A stretch of 64,000 nt of DNA from positions 64,001 through 128,000 of the forward strand of contig JAXMOL010000017.1 in NCBI GenBank assembly GCA_034669905.1, given 5' to 3'. The notes under the pieces were generated by a model that saw only the letters and a program-made list of their open reading frames with translations, searched no databases and was not told where the DNA came from. Shown piece after piece: positions 1-9,417 of the stretch (within the stretch, counting starts at the first letter, position 1; every line of letters begins with the position of its first letter). This DNA is from Candidatus Hydrogenedentota bacterium. GTDB lineage: Bacteria; Hydrogenedentota; Hydrogenedentia; Hydrogenedentales; JAEUWI01. Made by a program: the position numbers and the translations under genes.

Positions 1-642
1 GGTCTCCAAGTACTTTTCCATCAAGGCATCGTTTGTTTCGGCGACGGCGTCGGCCATTTCCTCTTTCAGACTGGCGATCTGGTCGGCGATATCATGGGTA
101 TCTCCGTCAAAAATATTGACGACCCGCTCCAGCTTTCCCCCGCTCCCCACCGGTATCACCAGGGGTACGCACTGCTTGCCATAACTTTCACGAAGTCCTT
201 GGACGATTTGGAAGAAGTCGGTATGTTCCCGATCCAGCTTATTCACAAAGAAGGCCCGCGGAACCTTGTATTTTTCGGCGTATTTCCAGGCGATATCCGT
301 ACCGACCTGGACCCCGGTCGTCGCATCGACCAGGATCACCAGGCCGTCCACCAGGGGCGTCGTAGCAGCGATTTCCCCTTGAAAGTCAATATATCCTGGA
401 TGATCAATAAAGTGAATGCGATCGCCCCGCCATTCCACATGGCACAATTTCATGGTGATACTGTGTTTGCGCTCGATTTCCTCTTCCAGATAGTCGGTAA
501 CGGTGTTTCCGTCCTCGATACTACCCATACGGCTTGTGATACCGGCGTCGTGAAGAATATGCTCCAAGAGCATAGTCTTCCCGACGCCGCTATGACCTAC
601 AATTCCAACATTCCGTTCCTTTCCGGGGTCTACTGCTGGCAT
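1..642 (-). CDS. fusA: Elongation factor G paralog (EF-G2-like), N-terminal part; runs off the left edge
   Basis: Absent from the ORF track. Manual translation from the ATG at 642 gives MPAVDPGKERNVGIVGHSGVGKT...TDYLEEEIERKHSIT...DHPGYIDF...VNKLD, i.e. the G1-G4 motifs of a translational GTPase. Confidence 0.88.
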   Translation of the reverse strand, partial: MPAVDPGKERNVGIVGHSGVGKTMLLEHILHDAGITSRMGSIEDGNTVTDYLEEEIERKHSITMKLCHVEWRGDRIHFIDHPGYIDFQGEIAATTPLVDGLVILVDATTGVQVGTDIAWKYAEKYKVPRAFFVNKLDREHTDFFQIVQGLRESYGKQCVPLVIPVGSGGKLERVVNIFDGDTHDIADQIASLKEEMADAVAETNDALMEKYLET

Positions 643-869
643 GAGCCTGCCCTCCAAACTGGGTTGCGAATCATCAAGCCGGGAGACATTCTCAGGTGCC
701 TGTTCTGTGCCAAGCGTCCCGGCCACGTTGGTTTCAGTATACGCCGGGTTGCTCCGGACTACAAGCAAAAGCTATATTTTGTTTACACCTTTGCCCTTTG
801 GAAGTGGCTATGCTATCGTTACCGGTAGTGCGCTCGCAATAGCACAACCCGGCAGGAGACATAGCAACC

Positions 870-1982
870 ATGCGCCCCGCAACATTACTGATTCTTTCCA
901 CCCTCATCGTGTCCGCATCGGCCGTACAGGCCACGAGTGGGGGCGTTCGGCTCTGCGTCAGCGCGGGGCAGCTTTTTCCTGAAACGTCGGAGGCGCTGCA
1001 GCAAAGTGTTCGCCGTCTCCTGGACGAATCAACTGCCCCCGCTCCGACCGAGCCCCTGGTAGCCTGTGTGGTACCCCATGGTCCCTACGGCATCTCCGGC
1101 AAGGTTGCGGCGGCATCCTTCAAACATCTGAAGAAAGGCCAGTTTAAGCGGGTAATCATTCTGGGCGCTTCACACGCGGAAATGGCCTTCGAAGACTGTT
1201 CCATCGCCGCGGTCGATGCCTATGCCACGCCCATGGGGATTGTCCCATTGGATCAGAAGGCGGTGCGCACCCTTTGCTATTCTTCACTCTTCGGCGCACG
1301 TTCCATGCGCTACGCCCACCTGCAACGTGGATTTCTTACAGAGAGTGAGCGCAAGCCCCTTCATGAATATGAGCATTCCATCGAAATTGTTCTGCCCTTT
1401 CTGCAGGAGCAGTTGGGCGACTTCGAGCTTGTCCCCGTATTGATAGGTAAATTAAACGACGGTGCCGATCGCTACGATGAGCATCGCGCGGAAGCGGTCG
1501 CCCGCACGCTGCAGAAACAGATCGACCATGAAACCCTGGTGGTCGTCAGCACGGACTTCACCCATTTCGGAAATGATTTCAGCTATCGGCCCTTTAACGA
1601 CAATATCCTGGAAAAAATTGAGGCCCTGGACAAGACCGGTCTGGAACGGCTGGCCATGAACGATTCCGCGGAATTTGAAGACTTCGTATCCCGCTCACGG
1701 GCCCCGATCTGCGGACTTAATGCCTTACGTGTGCTTCTCAAACTCCTGCCTTCCCGTGCGCAGGGCACCTTACTTGACCATGAACTATCCGGACGCTTCT
1801 ACAACGATGAAAATCGAAGTGTGAGCTATGCGTCGATGAACTTCTATTTGTCCGACACGCCCCGCTCCAAGCCCGAGGTCCAGGCTCCAGTGGAAAAAGC
1901 GCCGGAGGAATCCAAGCCTGCCCTGGAACCTGCCCGCAAGACGGTGACCAACCTGAGCAACATCCGAAAGCCCGCCGAATGA
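870..1982 (+). CDS. amrB: AmmeMemoRadiSam system protein B (MEMO1 family), with signal-peptide-like N-terminus
   Basis: Motifs VVPHG, GASH, EHSIE, STDFTHFG, PICG and VSYAS; AGGAG RBS upstream; coupled to the AMMECR1 gene. Confidence 0.9.
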   Translation: MRPATLLILSTLIVSASAVQATSGGVRLCVSAGQLFPETSEALQQSVRRLLDESTAPAPTEPLVACVVPHGPYGISGKVAAASFKHLKKGQFKRVIILGASHAEMAFEDCSIAAVDAYATPMGIVPLDQKAVRTLCYSSLFGARSMRYAHLQRGFLTESERKPLHEYEHSIEIVLPFLQEQLGDFELVPVLIGKLNDGADRYDEHRAEAVARTLQKQIDHETLVVVSTDFTHFGNDFSYRPFNDNILEKIEALDKTGLERLAMNDSAEFEDFVSRSRAPICGLNALRVLLKLLPSRAQGTLLDHELSGRFYNDENRSVSYASMNFYLSDTPRSKPEVQAPVEKAPEESKPALEPARKTVTNLSNIRKPAE

Positions 1983-2581
1983 CCCCCACTGCGGCCCATT
2001 TTCTGACCGAAGCGGAAGAAGCGCTGCTGCTACGTATCGCGCGGGATGCCCTGACGCAGTATGTCCAAGACCAGAAGCGACTGGACCTGACGGCCTACGA
2101 ACTGACGGAAGAACTGCAAGCCCGCCATGGCGCCTTTGTCACGCTTCGGGCTTCAGGAGCCCTTCGGGGCTGCATCGGCCATACCCGAAACCTGGAGAGC
2201 CTGGCGGAAGCGGTGCGAGACAATACCATCAATGCGGCGGCACGGGATCCCCGTTTCCCCCCGGTCACTCCGGACGAGCTGGGGATAATCCGTATCGAGA
2301 TTTCTGCCCTTTGTCCTGGCAGCACCCCCGGTCTTCCCTTCATCCCGGTTACACACCTGGAGGAAATCGTGCTGGGCCGTGACGGGCTTTACCTGGATCA
2401 CGCGGGGTCCAAGGGAGGTGGCCTCCTGCTTCCGCAGGTACCTGCAGAACAGGGCTGGGGACTGGAAGCATTCCTGGAGGGGGTCTGTCGCAAGGCGGGC
2501 GCACAACCGGGTGCGTGGGAACGGGATGACTGCCAACTCTACCGATTCAGCGCCCAGATCTTTGGCGAATCGGCGGCCTAG
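1979..2581 (+). CDS. amrA: AmmeMemoRadiSam system protein A (AMMECR1 family)
   Basis: GAFVTL, LRGCIG, DPRFPPV, LLPQV and CRKAG motifs; ATGA overlap with amrB. Confidence 0.92.
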   Translation: MTPTAAHFLTEAEEALLLRIARDALTQYVQDQKRLDLTAYELTEELQARHGAFVTLRASGALRGCIGHTRNLESLAEAVRDNTINAAARDPRFPPVTPDELGIIRIEISALCPGSTPGLPFIPVTHLEEIVLGRDGLYLDHAGSKGGGLLLPQVPAEQGWGLEAFLEGVCRKAGAQPGAWERDDCQLYRFSAQIFGESAA

Positions 2582-3324
2582 TCGTCTGCCCGAGCCTCCC
2601 AGGCACCGTGGACAATGGTCTGACGGAGCAGGGATGCGAGGCGTTTGGAGGCCTTCGCGGCCGTCTGCACAACCTCATCGTGGGTGACGATGGCCCCCGG
2701 TCGGGTACAGTCATTGGTCACGCAGGACACCACCCCGGCCGCAACGCCGAGTGCTTCACACCGTTCCAATTCCAGGGGTAGACTCATCCCCACCGTCAAT
2801 GCACCGAGCCGTTGCAAGGCCTCTATTTCGGCCCGCGTTTCGTAACAGGGACCGTGCATCCAATAGTAGGTCCCTTCGGCATCGCAGCCGGGCACCCGAT
2901 AGGCCGGCCGCCCCGAAAAGGAAAACGTATGGTGCCGAAAGGGCCAGGTCTTGACCGCGGTGGCGCCTACCAGCGCACCCAGCGGCAGATCCGGAGAGAG
3001 ACCGCCGACGGCGTTTGTCAGCAGGAGTCGGCGCACCTTGAAACGATAAAGGGCATCCACCGTAGACGCGACCGACGAGGCGGGGTGCCCTTCGTAGAAA
3101 TGAATGCGTCCCGACTGCAGTATGAGCGGCACGCCGCCACAGCGTCCGAAGATGAAAAGGCCGTCATGTCCTTTGACCGCCGCACCGTCAATACCCAGGA
3201 CCTCCGCAAACGAGACGGTACCGCCTTCTTCATCCAGGAGACTGCGAAGATTAAGGCCCGAGCCCGACACGACACCGATCGGTTCATCCCCGGTCGAAAA
3301 ATAGTCGGACGGGTTCTTTACCAT
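2578..3324 (-). CDS. Purine nucleoside phosphorylase (trimeric PNP/MTAP family)
   Basis: GSGL, GRIHFYEG, TNAVGG, GPCYET.AE, VGMS, VTN and THDEV motifs. Confidence 0.88.
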   Translation of the reverse strand: MVKNPSDYFSTGDEPIGVVSGSGLNLRSLLDEEGGTVSFAEVLGIDGAAVKGHDGLFIFGRCGGVPLILQSGRIHFYEGHPASSVASTVDALYRFKVRRLLLTNAVGGLSPDLPLGALVGATAVKTWPFRHHTFSFSGRPAYRVPGCDAEGTYYWMHGPCYETRAEIEALQRLGALTVGMSLPLELERCEALGVAAGVVSCVTNDCTRPGAIVTHDEVVQTAAKASKRLASLLRQTIVHGAWEARADD

Positions 3325-4346
3325 GGCTTGGGCACGTATATCTGTTGATACAGTTGCAGCGCGAACTCATCGGTCATTCCGGCCACAAAATCTACGGTAC
3401 GGCGTTCGAGTGAATCTTTCGGGTCCGCTTCGAGAATCTCGGTCACGGGCTCCTCCAGCAGATGATAGTAGAGTTCTCGCAGCACTTTCTTTGCCTTGCG
3501 AATTTCCCGATCGATGGCCTCGCAGGGATAGACTTCGGCATACATGAAATCGCGGAGCGCATTCATGGCCTCCAGGACATCGGGAACGATACCCAGTTTT
3601 CCCTCCTGGCTCCCCTGGATAAGTCCGACCACCATACGGTCAATTCGCTGGGACGTATGCACGCCCAGCACCCGGATAGCATCCTGTGGCAAGTCCCCCA
3701 CGCCGATAATACCGGCGCGAATGGCATCGTCAATATCGTGATTGATGTAGGCGATGGCATCACAGACACTCACGACGGCGCCTTCCAGTGTGTTGGGCCC
3801 GTCACTGGCGCGTCCAAGAAGTACAGCTTTTCCCTTGGAGTGATAGAGTATCCCGTCGCGCACCTCCCACGTTAGATTGAGGCCCGCACCGTGGCGGCGC
3901 TTCTCCAGTTTTTCAACGACCCGCAGGCTTTGCTCGAAATGGAAAAAGCCCGGTTCGTATACTTCATTCAATACCGATTCCCCGGCGTGACCGAAGGGCG
4001 TATGGCCGAGGTCATGCCCCAGCGCGATGGCTTCGGTCAGGTCTTCGTTGAGAAAGAGCGCCCGGGAAACCGTGCGGGAAATCTGAGCGACCTCGAGGGT
4101 GTGGGTCAGGCGGGTACGAAAGTGGTCCCCGGTGGGGGCCAGGAAGACCTGCGTCTTTCGCTTCAGTCTCCGGAAGGCCTTGGTATGGAGCACCCGATCC
4201 CGATCCCGTTGAAAGGCCGTCCGATAATCATCTTCGATATCGGGCATTTCCCGGCCCTTGGAGTCGGCCGAGCGCACCGCGTAGCGACTGAGTATGGTTG
4301 ATTCCCGCGCCTCCAATTGGGCACGTACACATTTCCCTTCCGCCAC
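3318..4346 (-). CDS. dgt: Deoxyguanosinetriphosphate triphosphohydrolase (dGTPase, HD domain)
   Basis: RTAFQRDRDR, FRRLKRKTQVF, RTRLTHTLEV, GHDLGHTPFGH, DAIAYINHDIDD and DFVAGMTD. GTG start at 4346 chosen for its GGGAG RBS. Confidence 0.92.
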   Translation of the reverse strand: MAEGKCVRAQLEARESTILSRYAVRSADSKGREMPDIEDDYRTAFQRDRDRVLHTKAFRRLKRKTQVFLAPTGDHFRTRLTHTLEVAQISRTVSRALFLNEDLTEAIALGHDLGHTPFGHAGESVLNEVYEPGFFHFEQSLRVVEKLEKRRHGAGLNLTWEVRDGILYHSKGKAVLLGRASDGPNTLEGAVVSVCDAIAYINHDIDDAIRAGIIGVGDLPQDAIRVLGVHTSQRIDRMVVGLIQGSQEGKLGIVPDVLEAMNALRDFMYAEVYPCEAIDREIRKAKKVLRELYYHLLEEPVTEILEADPKDSLERRTVDFVAGMTDEFALQLYQQIYVPKPW

Positions 4347-4582
4347 GATACTTCTCCCGTCCTTCGGTCGAACCAAACTTCGCCGAACTTCGCGCAGTGT
4401 ACCGAATCTAAACAAACAAAGAAAAGTAGACGTGGGTGCCCCAATACCTTCCCCCCCACCATTTTCCCCGCAACGCTGCCTCGTTGCGACGCTTGTCAGG
4501 GAATGCCCCCGCCCCGTCAGACCATAAGAGAACCCGCAGGCCGTTGACCTGCGGGCAATACCCAATGCGCTCCCTGTCCGAA

Positions 4583-5539
4583 TCAGTCGCGGCGGGTGTG
4601 TTCCAACTTATGCTTGCGGCGACGCTCGATGGCCGCGCGAAGCTTGACGGCCTTCTGATTCGCCTTGGCATTATCGGGATCCGTCGCCAGGATGGCTTCC
4701 ATGTACTCCAACGCCCGCTCGTAGTGATGGGCCTTGATGTGATTGATGCCAATATTATATTGGGCCGAGTGCATTTTCTTGGTAAGTCGCGGCATGTCGC
4801 CACTTTCCCGAATCTGTGCGCGGTAGTGCTTGAGGGCCCGTTGGTAATCGTGCTGGAGAAAATAGAAATCCGCTATGCACTCCTCTTTTCCCAACCCCTC
4901 TCCACCGTGCTCTTCGAGATATTTTTCCAGCAGGTTGTGTTTCTGCTCGCGGTAATCCTTGGGGTCATAGACCCCCTTGACCGCGGCCCGCTCAACGAGG
5001 ACGCTGATGTTGTTGGATTTTTCGTCTTCTGGAATCACATAGAATCGCGGTTGGTCTTCGCGATAGTTGTTAAACATGAATCCCCGAAGCACCTCCCCGT
5101 CGTTGAACTCCACGACAATGGCGGGTCCCATGGAATTGGGCTCGCGGTACACGATGGAGTGGTCAAAATTCCCGTCGAAACTCTTGACGTAATAGACTGC
5201 CTTTAAATCGCGAAACATGACACGACGGGTCTTGCCCTGGGGCTGGCCCCGCTTGTCCACCAAATCCAGGTGAAAATGTTCGTTCTTCACGTTGAGAGCG
5301 AAACACACCCCAAAGAAAGTCTCTCCATCCTGGGTCCGCACGACCAATCGCTGGCGCTCAGGGCGGGCCAACTGGGCGTCATGCTTCTGCTTCTTCTCCA
5401 TGGCCTCACGAAAGGGCTTCGCGTGAATCTGACAGTAGAGTTGCCCCTCGTGTTCCTGTACGCAGTCATCACACCCCAAATCCCCACAGACACTACAGTA
5501 CCCGATCACATCTCTTGATGGATGGCCAGGACATTGCAT
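4583..5539 (-). CDS. Hypothetical protein: B-box-like Zn finger, two DUF6982-like beta repeats and C-terminal TPR
   Basis: C-x2-H...C-x2-C...C-x2-C...C-x2-H N-terminus; repeats LVVRTQDGETFFG and IVVEFNDGEVLRG with DLKAVYYVKSFDG; TPR-like helices; AGGAG RBS before the ATG at 5539. Confidence 0.65.
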   Translation of the reverse strand: MQCPGHPSRDVIGYCSVCGDLGCDDCVQEHEGQLYCQIHAKPFREAMEKKQKHDAQLARPERQRLVVRTQDGETFFGVCFALNVKNEHFHLDLVDKRGQPQGKTRRVMFRDLKAVYYVKSFDGNFDHSIVYREPNSMGPAIVVEFNDGEVLRGFMFNNYREDQPRFYVIPEDEKSNNISVLVERAAVKGVYDPKDYREQKHNLLEKYLEEHGGEGLGKEECIADFYFLQHDYQRALKHYRAQIRESGDMPRLTKKMHSAQYNIGINHIKAHHYERALEYMEAILATDPDNAKANQKAVKLRAAIERRRKHKLEHTRRD

Positions 5540-5720
5540 AGCATGCTCCTCAACTGTATTTGCCTCTCGGAGTGCTGCTGCGCGACCTCCCCTTCCCGCT
5601 GGTCCTACACCGTGACCGCACACCACTCTTGAGACTTACATTTCACACTGCAATCGCTTTCTCCTTTCCTATTCTAGGGCAAATAGGGAAATAATGCAAC
5701 CCTCGCCTAAAATGCGGATA

Positions 5721-7061
5721 CTACGAATTATAGCCAGCTGCCCCTCCCGCAGTAGTGCAAAAGGCCGGTATTGCATCGTGCCAGCCCACCACTTCGCTAT
5801 AATAGGTGGTTGCTATCTCCTCCAGCACATCATCGACTTGCGGGGTCGAAACCAGGGCGACGACGGCCCCACCAAAGCCCGCCCCGGTCAAGCGGGCTCC
5901 GAGACATCCCGCGGCGTTCAGGGCACGGCACAATGCATCCAACTCGGGCGTGCTGATGCCATAGTCCGTCGCACAGCTCTCCTGGGAGCCATTCATAAAA
6001 CGGCCGAAGGTATGCACATCGCCGGCCAGCAGCGCATCTCTGCCCTGCTCTACCCGGTAGTATTCACTGAATATATGCCGGGCGCGGGCCTGAAGGGGCA
6101 GCCCTTCCGGCTCCTCGGGCATGCTGTCGAGCCAATACTCCTGGACCATCTTCAGGGGCATGTTCAGGCGTTCTGCAATCTGCTTCGGGGTAATACGGAC
6201 CTCGGGCAGCACGGTTTCAAAGAGTTTCTTCACTTCTGTGCGGTTAAAACAGAGGGAGCCATACCAAAGCTCTCCGAGGCATTCGATTTCGAATTCGTCA
6301 CCGAACTCTTTCTGGAGGTGGGCGTTAATCAACGCCGCGATCAGGCTACAGCTTGCCGGGCCGGCGTTGTAGCGCTCTTGCACCCCCCCGGTTTTCGTTG
6401 CCTTCACGAGCGAGTTACAAACGATGACGGACACGCCATCGGGAAGGGGCACGGGGTCTACCTGAAAGGGGATGAAATTTATGCGAACCGCGCAATTCTC
6501 TTCTCCCATGAGGATTGCGGTCTGATCCATACCACCGCCGGCCGTACCCACGTAGTGCTCTGCCCCCGCGAGTATGCCCGCGAGCTTCAGGCGGGGCATA
6601 TCCTCTCCGAGGGTGTATCCGAGGGCCGCCAGATAGGCCATCCCAATGCCGACTACGAGGGCGGATGAAGAACTGAGTCCCGCCGAATCCGGCAGGTCAC
6701 TATCGATGAGCACGTCGAGGCCCACCGGCTCGGTCACAGACAGGCTTTCGTTGAGGCCCTGCACCGCAGCCTTGGCATAGTTTTCCCAGGCACCGGTTTC
6801 GGAGGGTGGTATGGACGGCCCGTTTTCAAAGGTCGCCTCCGCGAATGCGCTGTTTTGATTCGCGAGCCGAAACTGCCCGTCCCGATTGGGTGCAAAGGCC
6901 ACGTATAGGGCCCGGTCGATAGCCATTGGAAGCACGGGGAGTCCGTTATAGTCCAGATGCTCGCCCATCAGATTAACCCGGCCGGGAACGCGACACACAA
7001 AGGGTTCTCCGGCGCCGGGATATCGGGTAAGAAATGCTTGCTTTAATTCACTTAAATTCAC
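5721..7061 (-). CDS. galK: Galactokinase (GHMP kinase)
   Basis: PGRVNLMGEHLDYNG, GLSSSSA, GGMDQ and GARLTGAGFGG motifs. Confidence 0.9.
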   Translation of the reverse strand: MNLSELKQAFLTRYPGAGEPFVCRVPGRVNLMGEHLDYNGLPVLPMAIDRALYVAFAPNRDGQFRLANQNSAFAEATFENGPSIPPSETGAWENYAKAAVQGLNESLSVTEPVGLDVLIDSDLPDSAGLSSSSALVVGIGMAYLAALGYTLGEDMPRLKLAGILAGAEHYVGTAGGGMDQTAILMGEENCAVRINFIPFQVDPVPLPDGVSVIVCNSLVKATKTGGVQERYNAGPASCSLIAALINAHLQKEFGDEFEIECLGELWYGSLCFNRTEVKKLFETVLPEVRITPKQIAERLNMPLKMVQEYWLDSMPEEPEGLPLQARARHIFSEYYRVEQGRDALLAGDVHTFGRFMNGSQESCATDYGISTPELDALCRALNAAGCLGARLTGAGFGGAVVALVSTPQVDDVLEEIATTYYSEVVGWHDAIPAFCTTAGGAAGYNS

Positions 7062-7275
7062 AAAAATACTCCTGAGAGATTGCTGCCTGCGCCCCCAAGG
7101 GACGGCTACTCGTCGCGATTGTAATCCCCACCGGTTGCCGGTTCAACCGAGAGCAGGCCTTTCGATGGGAACCCCACATCGAGAATGGTGTTCAAGCCGG
7201 TATAGCATCGACCCGGCTTTTTCTTCCCTTCCCGTGGGAACCGGTCTGCCACCTGTAACACTGGAGATTGCCCCT

Positions 7276-7974
7276 ATGTCCTCATTTCGTCTCGGCCCTC
7301 TTGGCTGCTGTCTGCTCACCGTGTGTGCCCTGCCCGCTGCCCTACAGGCGGACGAATCGTCCTCGAAATCCCGTCGTCTCCCGGAGAACGCGGGTCCCAT
7401 GGCGATCTATCGGACTGCCGATGTCGACAAAGATGGGAAGGTTTCCTGGGAGGAACTGAAAGCTGTTCGCCCAGCCTTCCCAGAAGGGCGGTTTAAGCAG
7501 CTCGACAAGAATAGCAACGGTTTCATAGAGCGTGCCGAACTGCCCCGTCCGCAGGAGCGCAACGGCAACAAGGCGAACAAGGCCGCCATCGAGCGAAACG
7601 ATCGCGCCCGCTACGTGGCCAAACTGATCGCGACGCACGACAGGGACCAGAGCGGTGACGTGACGCTGGCAGAAATACAAGCCGACAAGCCCGGTTTCCC
7701 GGAAAGCACCTTTGCTATCCTGGATCGGGATAAGAGCGGCGCCTTGGGGACCGCGGACCTTCCTACAACGGCCCCGAAAGCACAGAAGACGGCTCCCCAA
7801 AAAAAGGTGGCCCCAAGGGCTACGCTCCAGGAAGCCGACCGCAACAAGGATGGTAAACTCTCCTTCGAAGAAGCCCGTGTGGCCTTCCCGAACATTACGG
7901 AAGCCCGATTCAAGCAGCGCGATCGCAACGGCGACGGATTTCTAAGTCCAGCGGACCGGCAGGGCCAGAAGTAG
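7276..7974 (+). CDS. Secreted EF-hand calcium-binding protein (six EF-hand loops)
   Basis: Signal peptide ending ALQA; loops DVDKDGKVSWEE, DKNSNGFIERAE, DRDQSGDVTLAE, DRDKSGALGTAD, DRNKDGKLSFEE and DRNGDGFLSPAD. Confidence 0.85.
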   Translation: MSSFRLGPLGCCLLTVCALPAALQADESSSKSRRLPENAGPMAIYRTADVDKDGKVSWEELKAVRPAFPEGRFKQLDKNSNGFIERAELPRPQERNGNKANKAAIERNDRARYVAKLIATHDRDQSGDVTLAEIQADKPGFPESTFAILDRDKSGALGTADLPTTAPKAQKTAPQKKVAPRATLQEADRNKDGKLSFEEARVAFPNITEARFKQRDRNGDGFLSPADRQGQK

Positions 7975-8010
7975 GGTTCCGTCTCCTCCCAGACCGGCGC
8001 CCCAAGGATG

Positions 8011-9090
8011 TCAGGTCTCGCGAGCGGGCGTGCCTACGGCTTCCGTCTCCGCGGCCTCTTCCGCCTCGGCACTTTGTCGCCGCAATTCCAGGAGCCCGAG
8101 TTTTTCGGTGTACAGGCAGATGCCGCCCGTAATCCATACGGGAACCGTATTGATGAGGTGGGCCAACAATGCCGCGGCCCGGGCCACATCCCTATCCGTA
8201 TCTGGCGCGACGACCACAACCGCACCGACAATGGCGATATGGAAGGGCCCGACGAATCCGGGGGTACTCGGTATGCTGATCGCAACCGCCAGGAAGGCCA
8301 TGACAATGACCGAAGTGTACCAGGGGGCCTCAATGGCGAACGCCTCCAGCACGCAGTAGTAACAGAGGGTTCCGATGGTCCAGGTGAGCAGGGACCAGGC
8401 AATGGCCCGGCTCATGTCGCCCAGCGATTTAAACACGTGCATGCCGTCGGCAAACTGGGCCAACATGCCCTCCAACTGGGCCGACAGGCGGGGGGACACC
8501 CGCCCAACCGTGCCGGCCACGACCTTGAGTGCGAGCTTCTTGTTGAGGTAGAGCATCACGAACGCCGCGATTATACCGACCATCACGACCCCGGTGCTGA
8601 ATGCGGCGAGCCGAATGGCATCGGGCTGAATGGGTTCGCTCAACTCTTCCAGCACGATAGGCGCCGTCGGGTGAAAAACGGTAACGGAAATAAGCATGAC
8701 CACAATAAGCCCGAAGAGGTCGGTCACCCGGTCGAGGGCCACGAAGGCAAAACAGCGACTGAAGGACATGCCGGTCAGACGAGATAAGACGACCGCACGG
8801 ATTACTTCGCCGACGCGCCCGGGCAGGGTAAAGTTTCCCAGGAAGCCAATCTGCGTTGCGCTGAACATGGCGCGAAAGGACACGGGCTGCGCCGTGCGGA
8901 CAATGTAACCCCAGCGCCTGATACGGGTCAGGAAAGTGATGAATACCAGGGAGAATGAAAGGGCGAGCCACCACCAATTGGCTTCACGGAGGGCGTGGCC
9001 CACCGCTGGCCAGTCGGTATCGTGAAACAGGAGCCAGATAAGGTAGGCACCTATTGCAAATCCAATGATGATCTGTATTTTCTTTTTCAT
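8011..9090 (-). CDS. Lysylphosphatidylglycerol synthase TM-domain / flippase-like protein (UPF0104)
   Basis: Multi-TM protein with RxxRW, GNFTLPGRVGEVIR, DRVTDL and PSTPGFVGPFH. Confidence 0.85.
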   Translation of the reverse strand: MKKKIQIIIGFAIGAYLIWLLFHDTDWPAVGHALREANWWWLALSFSLVFITFLTRIRRWGYIVRTAQPVSFRAMFSATQIGFLGNFTLPGRVGEVIRAVVLSRLTGMSFSRCFAFVALDRVTDLFGLIVVMLISVTVFHPTAPIVLEELSEPIQPDAIRLAAFSTGVVMVGIIAAFVMLYLNKKLALKVVAGTVGRVSPRLSAQLEGMLAQFADGMHVFKSLGDMSRAIAWSLLTWTIGTLCYYCVLEAFAIEAPWYTSVIVMAFLAVAISIPSTPGFVGPFHIAIVGAVVVVAPDTDRDVARAAALLAHLINTVPVWITGGICLYTEKLGLLELRRQSAEAEEAAETEAVGTPARET

Positions 9091-9417
9091 GCAGGGCTTT
9101 CCGGGGTTAAGGCGGGGCGAGTATAGCACAGGGATCGCCATCGCGTTAAGGAAAGCCCCCGATTTCGGCCGTCGCCCTGGCTAATTGGCGTGCCGTTGAA
9201 GGGCGATACCGCGTTCCACGCGCGTTCGTCCACGAGACTCCTGGAATGAAGGTATCCGCTCCCCGAAAAAGAAAGACATCCAAATCAATCCGTACGCGAT
9301 GGTCCCAGGCCAACAGGGTTCCTTGCCCACGAAACCTCGCGTAACTTGCCCTCCCTCTCCTGCGGCCCGTAGTGGGCGGGGCGGGCTTTTACCTGATACA
9401 TGCGCGGAAGGGGACCC

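Noticed and set aside
697..714. Sigma-54-like site TTGGCACAGAACAGGCA on the minus strand upstream of the EF-G paralog
   Set aside because: GG-N10-GC spacing fits, but the -12 element (AGGCA) departs from TTGC; too weak to call.
94..828. 244-aa plus-strand ORF
   Set aside because: Antisense shadow of the EF-G-like gene, which carries the real motifs.
5694..6668. Long antisense ORFs here and at 12587-13885, 17669-18679, 20360-21424, 31533-32651, 45224-46306, 59856-60944 and others
   Set aside because: Shadow frames opposite well-supported genes; expected in GC-rich DNA and lacking motifs.
7161..7227. Two hairpins with a T-tract upstream of the EF-hand gene, a possible attenuator
   Set aside because: No riboswitch signature; the loop may just be an extended -10 element for galK on the other strand.
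9091..9417. 327-bp intergenic gap examined for ncRNA or tRNA
   Set aside because: No cloverleaf, known RNA motif or convincing repeat.
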